A stretch of 47,073 nucleotides of DNA from Polyangiales bacterium (GTDB lineage Bacteria > Myxococcota_A > Polyangia > Polyangiales > Polyangiaceae): assembly GCA_038230375.1 (NCBI GenBank), contig JBBRNJ010000067.1:1-47073 (forward strand), in the 5' to 3' direction. The notes below the pieces were generated by a model. That model ran no database searches and was not told the origin of the DNA. It was given only the letters and a program-made list of their open reading frames with translations. This document shows positions 29,150 through 39,564 of the stretch, piece after piece. The translations under genes and the position numbers were made by a program. The stretch's first letter is position 1; every line of letters starts with the position of its first letter.

Positions 29150-32053
29150 CTAACGTTCGGACTGTTCGATGAGTGCAACAAGATGAGCGATTTTTTCGGC
29201 GAATGGTGCTCGCTCGATGAAGTTGAGGGAGTCGGGCTTGCCGAGCCGCGCGAGCATGACCTTCACGTCCAGCATGGTGAGCTCGCGCGTGCGCCGCGAC
29301 TCCTTCTTCTTCTTGGAGTCGTTGCGGTCCGAGGCCTGCTCGAATGCGATGTGCGCCTGCGAGAGGAGGTCAGTGTACTCGCGTAGCTTGTCCCATTCAC
29401 CGCGGATGTTGCCGTGCGCCAGGACTGACATTTCCAGCCGGTAGCGGCGAAAGCGCTCCGAGATGCGTGTGGCAAGGTCCTGGCTGAGGCCCGTGGTCTC
29501 CACGATGTCGCGCGGCTTCGCCACGCATAGCGCGTCCAGCGACATGAGCCCCGCCATGAAGAGCCGATCCTGCTGGACCTTCCGGACGTCTTCGAGCTGG
29601 TTCAGGAGCGCGCGCACGATGATGCCCTCGCGCACGCGGCCCTCGCCGTCCAGCTTGAATGCGTTCGGCAACTCCTTCACGAGACTCCCGTACGCGACCA
29701 GCAGCTGATCGCGATGCTCGCCCTCGACGATGGGCACGCCCGCGTCGCTCGTGATCTTGAGCGCATCCATGAAGGCGTCGAGCGCCACGGTGAGGGTGCC
29801 CATCTCGAACGCGACGGCGCCCATGCGAAGTGACTGCGTCGCGGGGATGCAGAGCGCGAGCCACTCCGCCGTGGTGGGCGCCGCGGAGAGATCGAGCATG
29901 AAATCCCGGACGTGATGCATGTGGGTTGCAGCGATCTCCGTGAAGAGCTGCCGCGCGTCGTCGAACACCGCCGAGTCCGTGGGACGCGACGACTGCACTT
30001 GTCCCAGATCGCCGAAGCCCTTGTCGACCTCGTCCCAGACGTCGTCCATGCCCACGCCTTCCCAGAGCTTTGGCTCGGGACCGTGCGGTGCTGGTGGCGG
30101 TGCGGACGGCGGGATGGTCGCGGGGCCGCTCGAGATCACCTCGAGCTCGCCGCCTTCGACCGGCGGCGCCGGGTGCGCGCTGCGCGTGGTCATCGGGCTT
30201 GGCTCGGACGCGATGCCGCGCGCATCGCCAGATGAAGGCGGTATTGCGACGGCTTCGGTCGGTGCGGGTGGCCGCTTGGAGATGTGCGCCTCCGTCACCG
30301 CGTCGTCGTCGTCCACCGAGTCGAGCGGTGGTCGCACCGATGCCCGACCGCCCTCACTCGAGAACTGCGAAGGGGGAGGAGGCACCACCGGCTTCGACCA
30401 CTCCTCGGGATCTGGAAGCTCCGATGCGGTGGGCCAGTCGGACTCGTCCGGCGGCTGCGGCGCGACCGAGGCCCGCGCCTTCATCGACAGCGCCGCGGCC
30501 GCCACCTGCGCGAGCGCCGCGGGCACGAAGTCCTGGAGATTCACTTCCGTCTTTGGCTCATCGCGAAGGAGCGCCGGCTCGTCGGTTCCCTCCGCATCGT
30601 CATCGTCGTCATCGAAGGCGGGAGCGCGCGGGGACGCGATGGGAGGGGGAGGCGGAGGCGGCGCCGACGGATACCGCGGAACCACCGACGCGCTGGGAGG
30701 AGGCGGCACGGCGACAGGCGCAGGCGCGGGCAATACCGGCTCGGGCGTCGGTGCCACCATGCCGCCGAGAAGCGTTGGAGCCTTTTGACGCATCATCGAG
30801 CGCATCGGCGCGGCGGTCGGAGCCGGGGCCGGCGCAGCCATGGCGGGGGTGGGCGTGGAGGTTCCGCTGGAGGTTGCGATGGAGGGCGAGGTTGGGACCG
30901 CGGTCGTGATGGACGGTTGCGTTCCCGTCGTTGGCTTCGAGGAGGCCGCTGCCACCGCTGCCTTCGATTCGCGGTAGGCGACTGCGGCTCTCATGATCGC
31001 CTGCGAGTCTGGATCGGGGCGCGTGTCGCTCATCTGCCGCTGCGTCGGCATGTTCTTCACGCTCTGCGGCGCGGCCTCCGCGCGTGGCTGTGAAGGCGGA
31101 GGCTTTGGCGCGTCCATGCGAGGCGCGGACGTGGGCGCCGTCGGCACTGGCTTCGGTGTGGTTGAGACCGCACCGGGGATCCTCAGCGTGTTGCGCTGAA
31201 CGGGTGCGGTGTCGGGCGGCGGGCGCGCGCCAGCAACTGCAGGCGGCGGCATCGACTGCGGGATGTCCACGATGATGGTGGGCAGTGCATCGTTGGGCCG
31301 AAGGCCAGGGTGCGGTGCCTGCGGAGCCGGCGGAGACCTGGGCCCCACCTGATGGAAGTTGGTGGGGCTGTCGCGACGCTTCGGTTTTCCCGTCGCGGAT
31401 GGCGCGGACGGTGCGGCCTTGGGCACGCCGCCGGCCTTTGCGCTGGCGGCTGCAGAAGGCGCGGAAGGGGAAGGTGCAGGCGGCGCCGCCGGCGTGGATG
31501 GAGTGGCGGTGCCAAGGGCCGGAGTCGGCGTGAGGTCCGTTGCATCAGGCGGCGCCGCGACCCCGACCGCCTTCGCCGAACCGTCTGCGCCGTAGCGAAG
31601 TACGGGGGGCACGGTCTCCGCGATCTCCGCGTTCGGATCGCGCCCACCCCAGTGCGCGAAGCGCGGGTCGACGGACGACGGCGGCGGCGCGGTCCCGATC
31701 TCCACTGCCGGCTCCGGGATGTGCAGCGGGATCGCTCCCTCGGACTCGAGCGGCGCTCGCATGGGTGGCATGACGCCCTGCACGGGTCCGATCGGGAACT
31801 GACCAGGCGTCATGCGCGCCTGTATGACTCCGGGCTGTTGCGGTCGGTGATCGACCGGGATCATTCGCTCCGTCCGCTGCGGGCCCTGCGGCGGCACGTA
31901 GGGAATGGCGGGCCCAGGCTGCGGCAGCGCCGCGCCGGTTGGAGCCGTCCCAGGCGGAGACGCGGGAGCTTCTTGCGCGGCGCCCTCGGCGTCGGGTTGC
32001 TCCTCACCATCCTTGGGAGGTTGCTTGCCGAAGAAACGCGAAAACAGGCTCAT
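29150..32053 (-). CDS. Large Pro-rich disordered protein with C-terminal Hpt-like bundle and helix-hairpin-helix pair
   Basis: MSLFSRFFGK N-terminus; ~680 aa Pro/Ala-rich; TQSLRMGA helix; LFMAGLMSLDALCVAKPRDIVETTGLSQDLATRI. Confidence 0.8.
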   Translation of the reverse strand: MSLFSRFFGKQPPKDGEEQPDAEGAAQEAPASPPGTAPTGAALPQPGPAIPYVPPQGPQRTERMIPVDHRPQQPGVIQARMTPGQFPIGPVQGVMPPMRAPLESEGAIPLHIPEPAVEIGTAPPPSSVDPRFAHWGGRDPNAEIAETVPPVLRYGADGSAKAVGVAAPPDATDLTPTPALGTATPSTPAAPPAPSPSAPSAAASAKAGGVPKAAPSAPSATGKPKRRDSPTNFHQVGPRSPPAPQAPHPGLRPNDALPTIIVDIPQSMPPPAVAGARPPPDTAPVQRNTLRIPGAVSTTPKPVPTAPTSAPRMDAPKPPPSQPRAEAAPQSVKNMPTQRQMSDTRPDPDSQAIMRAAVAYRESKAAVAAASSKPTTGTQPSITTAVPTSPSIATSSGTSTPTPAMAAPAPAPTAAPMRSMMRQKAPTLLGGMVAPTPEPVLPAPAPVAVPPPPSASVVPRYPSAPPPPPPPIASPRAPAFDDDDDDAEGTDEPALLRDEPKTEVNLQDFVPAALAQVAAAALSMKARASVAPQPPDESDWPTASELPDPEEWSKPVVPPPPSQFSSEGGRASVRPPLDSVDDDDAVTEAHISKRPPAPTEAVAIPPSSGDARGIASEPSPMTTRSAHPAPPVEGGELEVISSGPATIPPSAPPPAPHGPEPKLWEGVGMDDVWDEVDKGFGDLGQVQSSRPTDSAVFDDARQLFTEIAATHMHHVRDFMLDLSAAPTTAEWLALCIPATQSLRMGAVAFEMGTLTVALDAFMDALKITSDAGVPIVEGEHRDQLLVAYGSLVKELPNAFKLDGEGRVREGIIVRALLNQLEDVRKVQQDRLFMAGLMSLDALCVAKPRDIVETTGLSQDLATRISERFRRYRLEMSVLAHGNIRGEWDKLREYTDLLSQAHIAFEQASDRNDSKKKKESRRTRELTMLDVKVMLARLGKPDSLNFIERAPFAEKIAHLVALIEQSER

Positions 32054-32199
32054 CGATCACGAGCTCCCAGTGGAGCTCCCCATTTCCGATGGCCCGCGCC
32101 CATGCACCGGATCTTGCCTTAGGATCGAGGGGTAAGGAAGGGGCCCCGCACATGGCCCTGCATTTGGTCCGGACCAGCCCTTCCCCGGCTCGCTCCGGA

Positions 32200-33681
32200 T
32201 CAGGCCGCGCGCGCGCGGGGTTTTGTGGTCTTCCCCGCCTTCCGTCGACCGCCGAAAAGCACGATGAACGCGACGGCAATGGCGAACACGGCGCCAGCGG
32301 CCGCATATCGCTGCAGCTTTTGGTGACGGTCCTCGCTTCCAGCCTCCAGCCGGTCGAGCTCCGCACGGGCCCCTACGTTGGCCGGGTCCTCCGCGAGCGC
32401 GCGCGTGAAGAGGTCCTTCTCGGCGATGCCTCGGGCCTCGAGCTCCTTGCCTTCCATGGTGAGGAGCTCCGCGCGGATCTGGGCGGCGTGGGGCCCCTCC
32501 GGGTCGAGGCGCAGCGCCTTCCGAAGCGTCGCCTTCGCGACATCTGCCTTGCCGGCATCCGCCTGCGCCTTCGCGAAGCTCACGAAGGCCGGGACCATCT
32601 CGGCGCGGCGATCGAGGAGCGGTTGCCGCGCGAGGACCTTGTCGTACTGGGCGACGGCGTCGTCCAGCTTGCCGTCCTGCTCGGACTTCTTCCCCTGCTC
32701 GAGGAGGTCGTAGACCTCTTTCAGGCGCACGCGGTCGTACGCAGCAAAGAGCTCCTTCGCCACCTCGTCGGACCTGGCGGACTCAGGTGGGCTCTTGCCC
32801 GTGAGGTTCGTGTACGCCTCGCGCACCTTCCACACGGCGTCGTTGCCGAAACGCAGGATCGCCTCGCGCGCGGCGCCTTGCACCTCCGCGCGGTCGGAGT
32901 TCACGAACGAGAGGATCACCGGCACTGCGTCGATCTCGTGGGTGTTGGCGAACGCACGCAGCACGTCGGCGAGCACCTGGTTGCTCTTCGTCTGCACGGC
33001 GTCGCCGGCAGTCTTCTTTCCCATCGCCTCGATCTGCGTGTGCGCGAACTTGCGAACCTCGGAGGACGGATCCTTCTTGGCCTCGATGAGCGCAGGCAAC
33101 GCGCGGTCGCCGACGTCGTGGAGGATCTTGGCGATCTCCTGCCTCAGTGCACCCGCGTGATCGTCGGACGTCGTGAGGATCACGCGCACCGCGGGCGTCG
33201 TGCCCATGTGCGCGAGCGCCTTCAAGAGGACGAGCGTCGTGAGCGCGGTCTTCGCTCCAGGGCCGTCGTTCTTCTTCATGTCGAGCAGCGCGTCGACCAT
33301 CTCCATGTCGGGCTGACCACGACGCTGCTCGCGCGCCAGCTTGAGCGCGGCAAAGACAGCGCCGCTCTGGTTCTTCGCGAGCTCCTTCAGCTCCTTCGCG
33401 ATCGCCGGGATCGCATCGGTCCCCAGATCCAGCGTGGCCTTGATCGTTGCGCGTCGCGCCGTGGCATCGCCATCACCGACGAGCGGCGCGAGCATCTTGT
33501 CCAGATCCGCCGCCGACATGCCGGCCGCACTTGCGGTGCTCGCCGTGCTCGCCCACTGGCCCGATGAAGCGGTCGCGGGAGGCTCCGCTTTCTCGGGCTC
33601 GGCCGCTGCGGGCGCGGCGAACGCGGGGAGGATGCCGAAGGGCAGGGCAAGGAGAAGGATGATGCGGAGGGTTCGCCTCAT
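32200..33681 (-). CDS. Exported HEAT/TPR-repeat protein with C-terminal membrane anchor
   Basis: Signal peptide MRRTLRIILLLALPF...AFA; HEAT-like ALPALIEAKKDPSSEVRKFA; TPR-like KALRLDPE, ALAEDPAN; C-terminal TM followed by basic tail. Confidence 0.82.
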   Translation of the reverse strand: MRRTLRIILLLALPFGILPAFAAPAAAEPEKAEPPATASSGQWASTASTASAAGMSAADLDKMLAPLVGDGDATARRATIKATLDLGTDAIPAIAKELKELAKNQSGAVFAALKLAREQRRGQPDMEMVDALLDMKKNDGPGAKTALTTLVLLKALAHMGTTPAVRVILTTSDDHAGALRQEIAKILHDVGDRALPALIEAKKDPSSEVRKFAHTQIEAMGKKTAGDAVQTKSNQVLADVLRAFANTHEIDAVPVILSFVNSDRAEVQGAAREAILRFGNDAVWKVREAYTNLTGKSPPESARSDEVAKELFAAYDRVRLKEVYDLLEQGKKSEQDGKLDDAVAQYDKVLARQPLLDRRAEMVPAFVSFAKAQADAGKADVAKATLRKALRLDPEGPHAAQIRAELLTMEGKELEARGIAEKDLFTRALAEDPANVGARAELDRLEAGSEDRHQKLQRYAAAGAVFAIAVAFIVLFGGRRKAGKTTKPRARAA

Positions 33682-33727
33682 GTGTCGTCGATACAGCAAC
33701 GCCTTCCCCCCGGACCACTATTCGGCC

Positions 33728-34006
33728 TTATTCGATGATGCTGAACTCCGGGAACTCGCCCGTGTATCCGCGCCAGCGGACATCCACGCTGTCCACACGT
33801 GCAGCGCTCGGTCCGTGGTTCGCCCAGCTGGTGAGCTCGCGAATCGCGTCTTCTTCCCCTTCGGCCATCAGTTCGATGGCGCCGTCGGGCCGGTTCTTCA
33901 CCCAACCCGTGATGCCCAGGCGTTTCGCTTCACGCTGGGTGGCCGCGCGGAAGAACACGCCCTGCACGCGGCCTTTGATGAGTACATGAACGCGCTTCGT
34001 GGCCAT
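33728..34006 (-). CDS. acyP: Acylphosphatase
   Basis: IKGRVQGVFFR, GWVKNRPDG, GPSAARV. Confidence 0.96.
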   Translation of the reverse strand: MATKRVHVLIKGRVQGVFFRAATQREAKRLGITGWVKNRPDGAIELMAEGEEDAIRELTSWANHGPSAARVDSVDVRWRGYTGEFPEFSIIE

Positions 34007-34142
34007 GGCTCTGCTTGAGCTTTTACTCGAAGTTTCAGGTTCCCGGCAACGATTCGGCTGTGACGAAGCACAACCGTGGGCATGATTTCCGCATCTTCAC
34101 GTGTGTCCGGCTTTCTGCAAGGACGCAACGGGGCTATCACGG

Positions 34143-35246
34143 ATGGACCTCATGCCTCATTTGCGGCGCGTACGACGAGCCCAGGACCGACGCCGCCGGA
34201 TGGTCTTCGGCTTCGGAGTCGTGCTCGCGTATCTGGCGCTGCAGTTCGCGACGCAGACGTTTGCCGGACACGAACGGCCGCGCGTGCTCACGCAGCTCGC
34301 GAACTGGGCGTGTCAGCTGGGTCTCATCGCCTACGTCCTGAACGAGAACTACGCGCTGATGAAGCGCCGTCAGGCGGGTCCCTTCGTCACGCTCGCATCC
34401 AGCATGCTCGAGTCCGTCGTGATCGGTGTAGCCTGCACGTTCGTCTATGGGCTCGTCGTGGAGCGCTGGCCTGGGCTGCGGCTGCGTCCGGGGCTGCCGC
34501 CGTCGTCTCCCACCACGCGCGCGCTCACCATCGGCGTGATGACGGGGCTCATGCACGGCGGGTTCTGGGTCATGGCGAGCATCTTCCCGTTCGCGGCGGA
34601 GGACGCTCGCTTCAATCGCCTCGAGTCTGCGCGGATCCGTGCGGCGGCGGAGCTCTCGCAGCTGCGCGCGCATCTCGAGCCGCACTTCATGCTCAACACG
34701 CTCAACGCGATCGCGGGGCTCGTCACCGAGGACCCGAAGAAATCGCGGCGCCTGCTCGCGGCGCTGGGCGACCTCTTGCGCGAGGCCGTGCGCGAGGGCC
34801 AGACCGAATACACCGTGGAAGAGGAGCTCGGCTGGCTGCGTCGCTACGCGGAGCTGCTCGAGGCCCGCCACGAGGGCGCGCTCTCGTTCGAATGGAAGAT
34901 GGATGACGACGCCCGCCTTGCGCTCATTCCGCGCCTCGTGCTGCAGCCGCTGGTGGAGAACGCGGTGAAGCACGGCGCGCTCAAGCGCGAAGGCGGCGGG
35001 CTCGTCGTGATCGCCGCTGAGCGCATGGAGGACTCCGGGCAGGCCTGGCTTCGTTGCTCGGTCACGGACAACGGACCGGGTCTCGGTGAGCCGCGGACCG
35101 GCTCGAAGGGGCTCACGCTCGTGCGCGCGCAACTTCGGTTGCGGCAGCCGCAAGGGGAGCTGCGGCTCGAGTCCTCCGGCGAAGGCACGCGCGCGATCGT
35201 CGAGGTTCCGTTCGAGCTGCTCGAACGCGCAGAGGCCGCGGAATGA
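34143..35246 (+). CDS. LytS/AlgZ-type sensor histidine kinase
   Basis: 4 TM segments; ELSQLRAHLEPHFMLNTLNAI, LQPLVENAVKHG, DNGPG. Confidence 0.93.
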   Translation: MDLMPHLRRVRRAQDRRRRMVFGFGVVLAYLALQFATQTFAGHERPRVLTQLANWACQLGLIAYVLNENYALMKRRQAGPFVTLASSMLESVVIGVACTFVYGLVVERWPGLRLRPGLPPSSPTTRALTIGVMTGLMHGGFWVMASIFPFAAEDARFNRLESARIRAAAELSQLRAHLEPHFMLNTLNAIAGLVTEDPKKSRRLLAALGDLLREAVREGQTEYTVEEELGWLRRYAELLEARHEGALSFEWKMDDDARLALIPRLVLQPLVENAVKHGALKREGGGLVVIAAERMEDSGQAWLRCSVTDNGPGLGEPRTGSKGLTLVRAQLRLRQPQGELRLESSGEGTRAIVEVPFELLERAEAAE

Positions 35247-36022
35247 CGGAGCCCGAGAAGCTTCGCGTCCTGGTCGTCGAGGACGAGTACCCCGCGCGCA
35301 ACTACCTCGTCGAGCTCCTCGAGGCGTCCGGACAGGCCGAGGTCGTGGGCGCGGTCGCGTCGCGCGCGGACGCGGAGCTGGCGCTGACGGACGAGCGCGC
35401 ACAGATGGACGTGGTCTTCGTCGACGTCGAGCTCGCCCACTCCAGCGATCAGGCGGGACTGAGCATCGTCCGCACGTTCTCCGGTCGTCCGGGCGCGCCC
35501 CTCTTCGTGCTTGCGACAGCCTCCAGTGAACACGCCGTTGCTGCGTTCGATCTGGGCGTCGTCGACTACCTGGTGAAGCCATTCAGTGAGGAGCGCGTGG
35601 AGAGCTGCCTTGGCCGCGTGAAGATGCGGCGCGTGCTCCCCATGTCTCGTCCTGCCCCGCGCATCGTCGCGCGCAAGGGCAAGGGACTCGTGTTCCTTCA
35701 TCGGGACGAGGTCTGGGCCTTCGAGGCCGCTGGCCGGCTCACCTTCGTGCACACTCCGCACGGCCGGTACGATCTGGACCTGTCGCTCTCCGCGATCGAG
35801 TCGTCCCTTGGTCGCTCGCTCACGCGCGTGCACCGAAACTGGTTGGTGGCGGGAGCTCATGTGAAAGAGCTCGTACGCGACGGTGGCGAAACCCGTATCT
35901 TCGTCGGCGCGCGTGTGGGCTCCGATGGCGCCGGTGTCTGGGCTCCCGTCGCGCGTGAACGCTCCGCGCAGGTGCGCGATGCGCTCCTCGAAAACGCGAC
36001 CGGCCTACGCAGGATGCCTTGA
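35243..36022 (+). CDS. LytTR-family response regulator
   Basis: VVEDE, VVFVDVEL, ATA, DYLVKPF; LytTR-type RVHRNWLV. Confidence 0.93.
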   Translation: MTEPEKLRVLVVEDEYPARNYLVELLEASGQAEVVGAVASRADAELALTDERAQMDVVFVDVELAHSSDQAGLSIVRTFSGRPGAPLFVLATASSEHAVAAFDLGVVDYLVKPFSEERVESCLGRVKMRRVLPMSRPAPRIVARKGKGLVFLHRDEVWAFEAAGRLTFVHTPHGRYDLDLSLSAIESSLGRSLTRVHRNWLVAGAHVKELVRDGGETRIFVGARVGSDGAGVWAPVARERSAQVRDALLENATGLRRMP

Positions 36023-37392
36023 CCAAGAAGCTCGCCACGCTGTCGTCGCTCGCATTCCTGGTGCTGCATGCAGGCGTGGCGCACACCCAGGATGCGAAGC
36101 CAGCGTCTTCCGCGTTTCCCCCGCCGGTGATCTCGGACCCCATGCTCACGCCGCCGCCGCCAGCCGCGCGAAAGGTGGACGGTCTCGGTGACGCGCTCCA
36201 GTTGCTCCGCGCGCGCTCGGCAGATCTCCGCGTCGCCTATCTCGAGGTGGCGCGCGCCGAGGCGCAATCACGCTCCGCGCTGGGGGCGCTGTTGCCGCAG
36301 GTGAATGGGCAGGCCGGCGTCACCCATCAGCTCATCACGCGCGACACATTGCAGGCTAGCGGCCAGACGCTGAAGACGCCTGCGGAGAACTCCGCATCCC
36401 TGGGCATGACCGCGTCGCAGAGCGTGTTCTCGCTCCCGCTGCTCCGTGCGCGCGCGAACGCAAAGATGAACGAGGAGGTGCAGCGCCTGTCCCTCGAGGA
36501 TCAGAAGCGCGCGCTCCTCTCCGGTGTCGTCACCACGGTCGTCGCGGTCTCCACGGCCGAGCGCATCGCGGATCTCAACCGCAGCGGGCTGCGCAGCGCG
36601 CTCTAGCGCCTCGAGATCGCACGCACCAAGGAGCGGCTCGGCAGCGCCAACACACTCGACACCAAGCGCGCAGAGCAAGACGTGGAGAGCGCGCGCTCGC
36701 AGGTGGTGAACGGCGACGAGTCTCTACGTCAGGCGCGCGAAGCGCTGGCGCTCGCCGTTGGAGTCACGGGTGAGATGGGCGTGGGCGCGGGGATGGAACC
36801 GACCGTCCTGATGGCGGAGACGGCGCGGCTCTGCGCTCCCGTTGGCACTGTGCAGGAGCGCGCTGACATCCGCTCGCAGGAGAAGAAGGTGGAGCTCTCC
36901 GTGCGCGGCATCGACGACGTGAAGGCTCTGTTCGTTCCCACGGTTGGCCTCTCGAGCTCGCTGCAAACGTCCGCATCCACGGTCACGGTCTCCGCGCCTA
37001 CCACGTGGAGCGTTGGCGCAAACCTCACCATTCCCATCTGGGATGGCGGCAACCGCTACGGGCTGCTCCACTCGGCGGAGGCGGTCGCGGAGGAAAATCG
37101 CGTCAATCTGGATGCGACGAAGCGCGGGGTCGTGACCGCCGCGGCGCAGTCCAGGCGCGCCGTCGACGTTGCCCTTGACGCTCACGCGGTCGCCGAGCGC
37201 GCGCAGAAGCTCGCGACGGAGATTGATCTCCTCGTGCAGACGACCTATCGCATCGGCTCGGGCACCAGCCTGGACCTGGTCACTGCGGCCACAGCCAAGC
37301 GGCAGGCGGACATCAACCTCGCGCTTGCGGACTTCGCCGTGGCGCGCGCACGACTCACCGACAGCCTCACACTCGCAGCCTGCAAATACTGA
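36019..37392 (+). pseudogene. TolC-family outer membrane efflux protein interrupted by in-frame TAG at 36604-36606
   Basis: Track ORFs 36019..36606 and 36682..37392 share a frame with continuous OEP-like sequence (ALLPQV, ERADI, IPIWDGG, YRIGSGTSLDL); SAL*RLE. Confidence 0.8.
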
Positions 37393-38723
37393 TGAAGCGC
37401 AAGATCATCTGGGTCGTCGTTCTCGCGCTCCTCGTTGCAGGTGCCGTCTACGGGTATAGGTACCGCGAATCGCACAAGGCGCCGGAGATCACCTACAAGA
37501 GCGTGCCCGTCACGAAGCGGCGCATCGTGGCGAGCATCACGGCCAGCGGCACCGTGTCCGCGCTCGTGACCGTGCAGGTCGGCAGCCAGGTGTCCGGCCG
37601 CATCCAGCTGCTCAACGCGGACTTCAACTCGCATGTGAAGAAGGGGCAGATCGTCGCCAAGATCGATCCGCAGCTGTTCCAGGCCGCGGCGGAGCAAGCG
37701 AACGCCAGCTTCCAGTCCGCGAAGGCGAACGTGGTCAAGGCAGAGTCGCAGGCAAACCTGTCGGAGAAGCAGCTGGGCCGCACGAAGGCGCTCCGTGAGC
37801 AGGGGCTCGCGTCGCAGCAGGACATGGATACTTCGGAGGCGAACGCCGCCACCGACAAGGCGAGCGTGGATGTCGCGAAGGCCTCGCTCTCGCAGGCTCA
37901 CGCGAACCTCAACACCGCGAATGTGAACCTGTCGTACACGACCATCCTCTCGCCGATCGACGGCGTGGTCATCTCGCGCAGCGTGGACGTCGGGCAGACC
38001 GTGGCGGCGTCGCTGTCAGCGCCCACGCTCTTCACCATTGCGCAGGACCTCTCCAAGATGCAGGTGGACACCAACGTGAGCGAGGGCGACGTCGGCCGCC
38101 TCACCCAGGGCATGACCGCCAATTTCACGGTGGATGCGTACCCCGGCAAGACGTTCAAGGGCGTCATCAGCGACGTCCGCAACGCGCCCACCACGGTGCA
38201 GAACGTCGTCACCTACGACGCTGTCATCAAGGTCGACAACGACGAGCTGAAGCTGAAGCCGGGCATGACCGCCAACGTCACGATCATCCACTCGCAGCGC
38301 GATGGCGTGCTCTCCATCCCCAACGCGGCCATTCGATTCAAGCCGTCCAACCTGGAGGCACCGGCCACACCGACTCCTTCAGGCAGCGCGAGCGGCGGGC
38401 GCAGCTGGGGCGGAGGGGATGGCGGCGCGCCTCCAGCAGGCGCCTCCTCTGCGGGTCGTCGCGGCGGCGGCGGTGGCGGCGGCGGTCCCGGCGGCATGGG
38501 CCGTGGACGCAGCACGAAGAACGAGGACGGCACCGAGACCAAGACGCTCTGGGTCATGAAGAGCGGCACGCCCACCCCGGTGGTGCTGAAGCTGGGTCTG
38601 TCCGACGGGACGAACACGGAGGTGGTGAGCGGAGAGCTAGCCGAGGGCGATGAGGTCGTTACGGATCAAGAGGGCGGTACGCAAAGCGTGGCGGGCGCCG
38701 CCACCGTGAAGCGGCTGTTTTGA
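37392..38723 (+). CDS. MacA-like periplasmic adaptor (membrane fusion protein)
   Basis: VQVGSQVSGRI, VKKGQIVAKID, SPIDGVV, GQTVAASLSAPTLF, LKPGMTAN. Confidence 0.95.
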   Translation: MKRKIIWVVVLALLVAGAVYGYRYRESHKAPEITYKSVPVTKRRIVASITASGTVSALVTVQVGSQVSGRIQLLNADFNSHVKKGQIVAKIDPQLFQAAAEQANASFQSAKANVVKAESQANLSEKQLGRTKALREQGLASQQDMDTSEANAATDKASVDVAKASLSQAHANLNTANVNLSYTTILSPIDGVVISRSVDVGQTVAASLSAPTLFTIAQDLSKMQVDTNVSEGDVGRLTQGMTANFTVDAYPGKTFKGVISDVRNAPTTVQNVVTYDAVIKVDNDELKLKPGMTANVTIIHSQRDGVLSIPNAAIRFKPSNLEAPATPTPSGSASGGRSWGGGDGGAPPAGASSAGRRGGGGGGGGPGGMGRGRSTKNEDGTETKTLWVMKSGTPTPVVLKLGLSDGTNTEVVSGELAEGDEVVTDQEGGTQSVAGAATVKRLF

Positions 38724-39514
38724 GCACGGAAGGGGCCAGCGACGCGGCGGCGCCGGAGCATCCGCTCATCGAGCTGTCGGAGATCCAGAAGGTCTACGCT
38801 TCGGGCGACGTGAGCGTGCACGCGCTGCGCGGCGTGACCCTCGGGATCGAACGCGGCGAGTTCGTCGCGGTGATGGGCTCCTCCGGCTCCGGCAAGTCCA
38901 CGCTCATGAATATCCTGGGCTGCCTCGACCGGCCCACGTCGGGCGTCTACAAGCTCGACGGCGCGGAGGTCTCACGCCTCACCAAGGCGGAGCTCGCGGA
39001 GGTGCGCAACAAGACGCTGGGGTTCGTGTTCCAGAACTTCAACCTGCTCGCGCGGACGAGCGCGCAGGAGAACGTGGAGCTGCCGCTCGTGTATGCGGGC
39101 GTGGCCGGCAAGGAGCGCCGGCGTCGCGCGGTCGCCGCACTCACGCGCGTGGGGCTCGAGAAACGCATGGATCATACACCCAATCAGCTGTCGGGCGGTC
39201 AGCAGCAGCGCGTCGCGATCGCGCGCGCGATCGTCTCGCAGCCGAAGGTGATCCTTGCGGACGAGCCCACGGGAAACCTGGACTCCCGCACCAGCGTGGA
39301 GGTCATGTCCATCTTCCAGGAGCTGGGTCGCGCCGGGATCACGGTGGTCCTGGTCACCCATGAGCCCGACATCGCCGAGTACGCCTCGCGCGTGATCATC
39401 GTGAAGGACGGCTACATCCAGTCCGACAAGCGGCGCGAGATGAAGGAAGCCATCGTCCCACCAGAGTTCGTCCCCCCAGTATCAGCACGCTCCCCCACAG
39501 GAGGGCAGGCATGA
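38720..39514 (+). CDS. MacB/LolD-type ABC transporter ATP-binding protein
   Basis: GSSGSGKST, LSGGQQQRVAIAR, ILADEPTGNLD, VTHE. Confidence 0.97.
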   Translation: MSTEGASDAAAPEHPLIELSEIQKVYASGDVSVHALRGVTLGIERGEFVAVMGSSGSGKSTLMNILGCLDRPTSGVYKLDGAEVSRLTKAELAEVRNKTLGFVFQNFNLLARTSAQENVELPLVYAGVAGKERRRRAVAALTRVGLEKRMDHTPNQLSGGQQQRVAIARAIVSQPKVILADEPTGNLDSRTSVEVMSIFQELGRAGITVVLVTHEPDIAEYASRVIIVKDGYIQSDKRREMKEAIVPPEFVPPVSARSPTGGQA

Positions 39515-39564
39515 ACATGTCGGTGAGCCCAAAGGGCGACCAACCGAAGGGCGGGAAGCGATGA
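39511..39564 (+). other. 17-aa bridging mini-ORF (MIRU-like insertion)
   Basis: MNMSVSPKGDQPKGGKR*; ATGA overlap with both neighbours; flanked by ATGAAC direct repeats. Confidence 0.55.

Noticed and set aside
36604..36606. Genome-wide TAG recoding or pyrrolysine
   Set aside because: TAG terminates conserved genes in this window, and no pyl genes are visible
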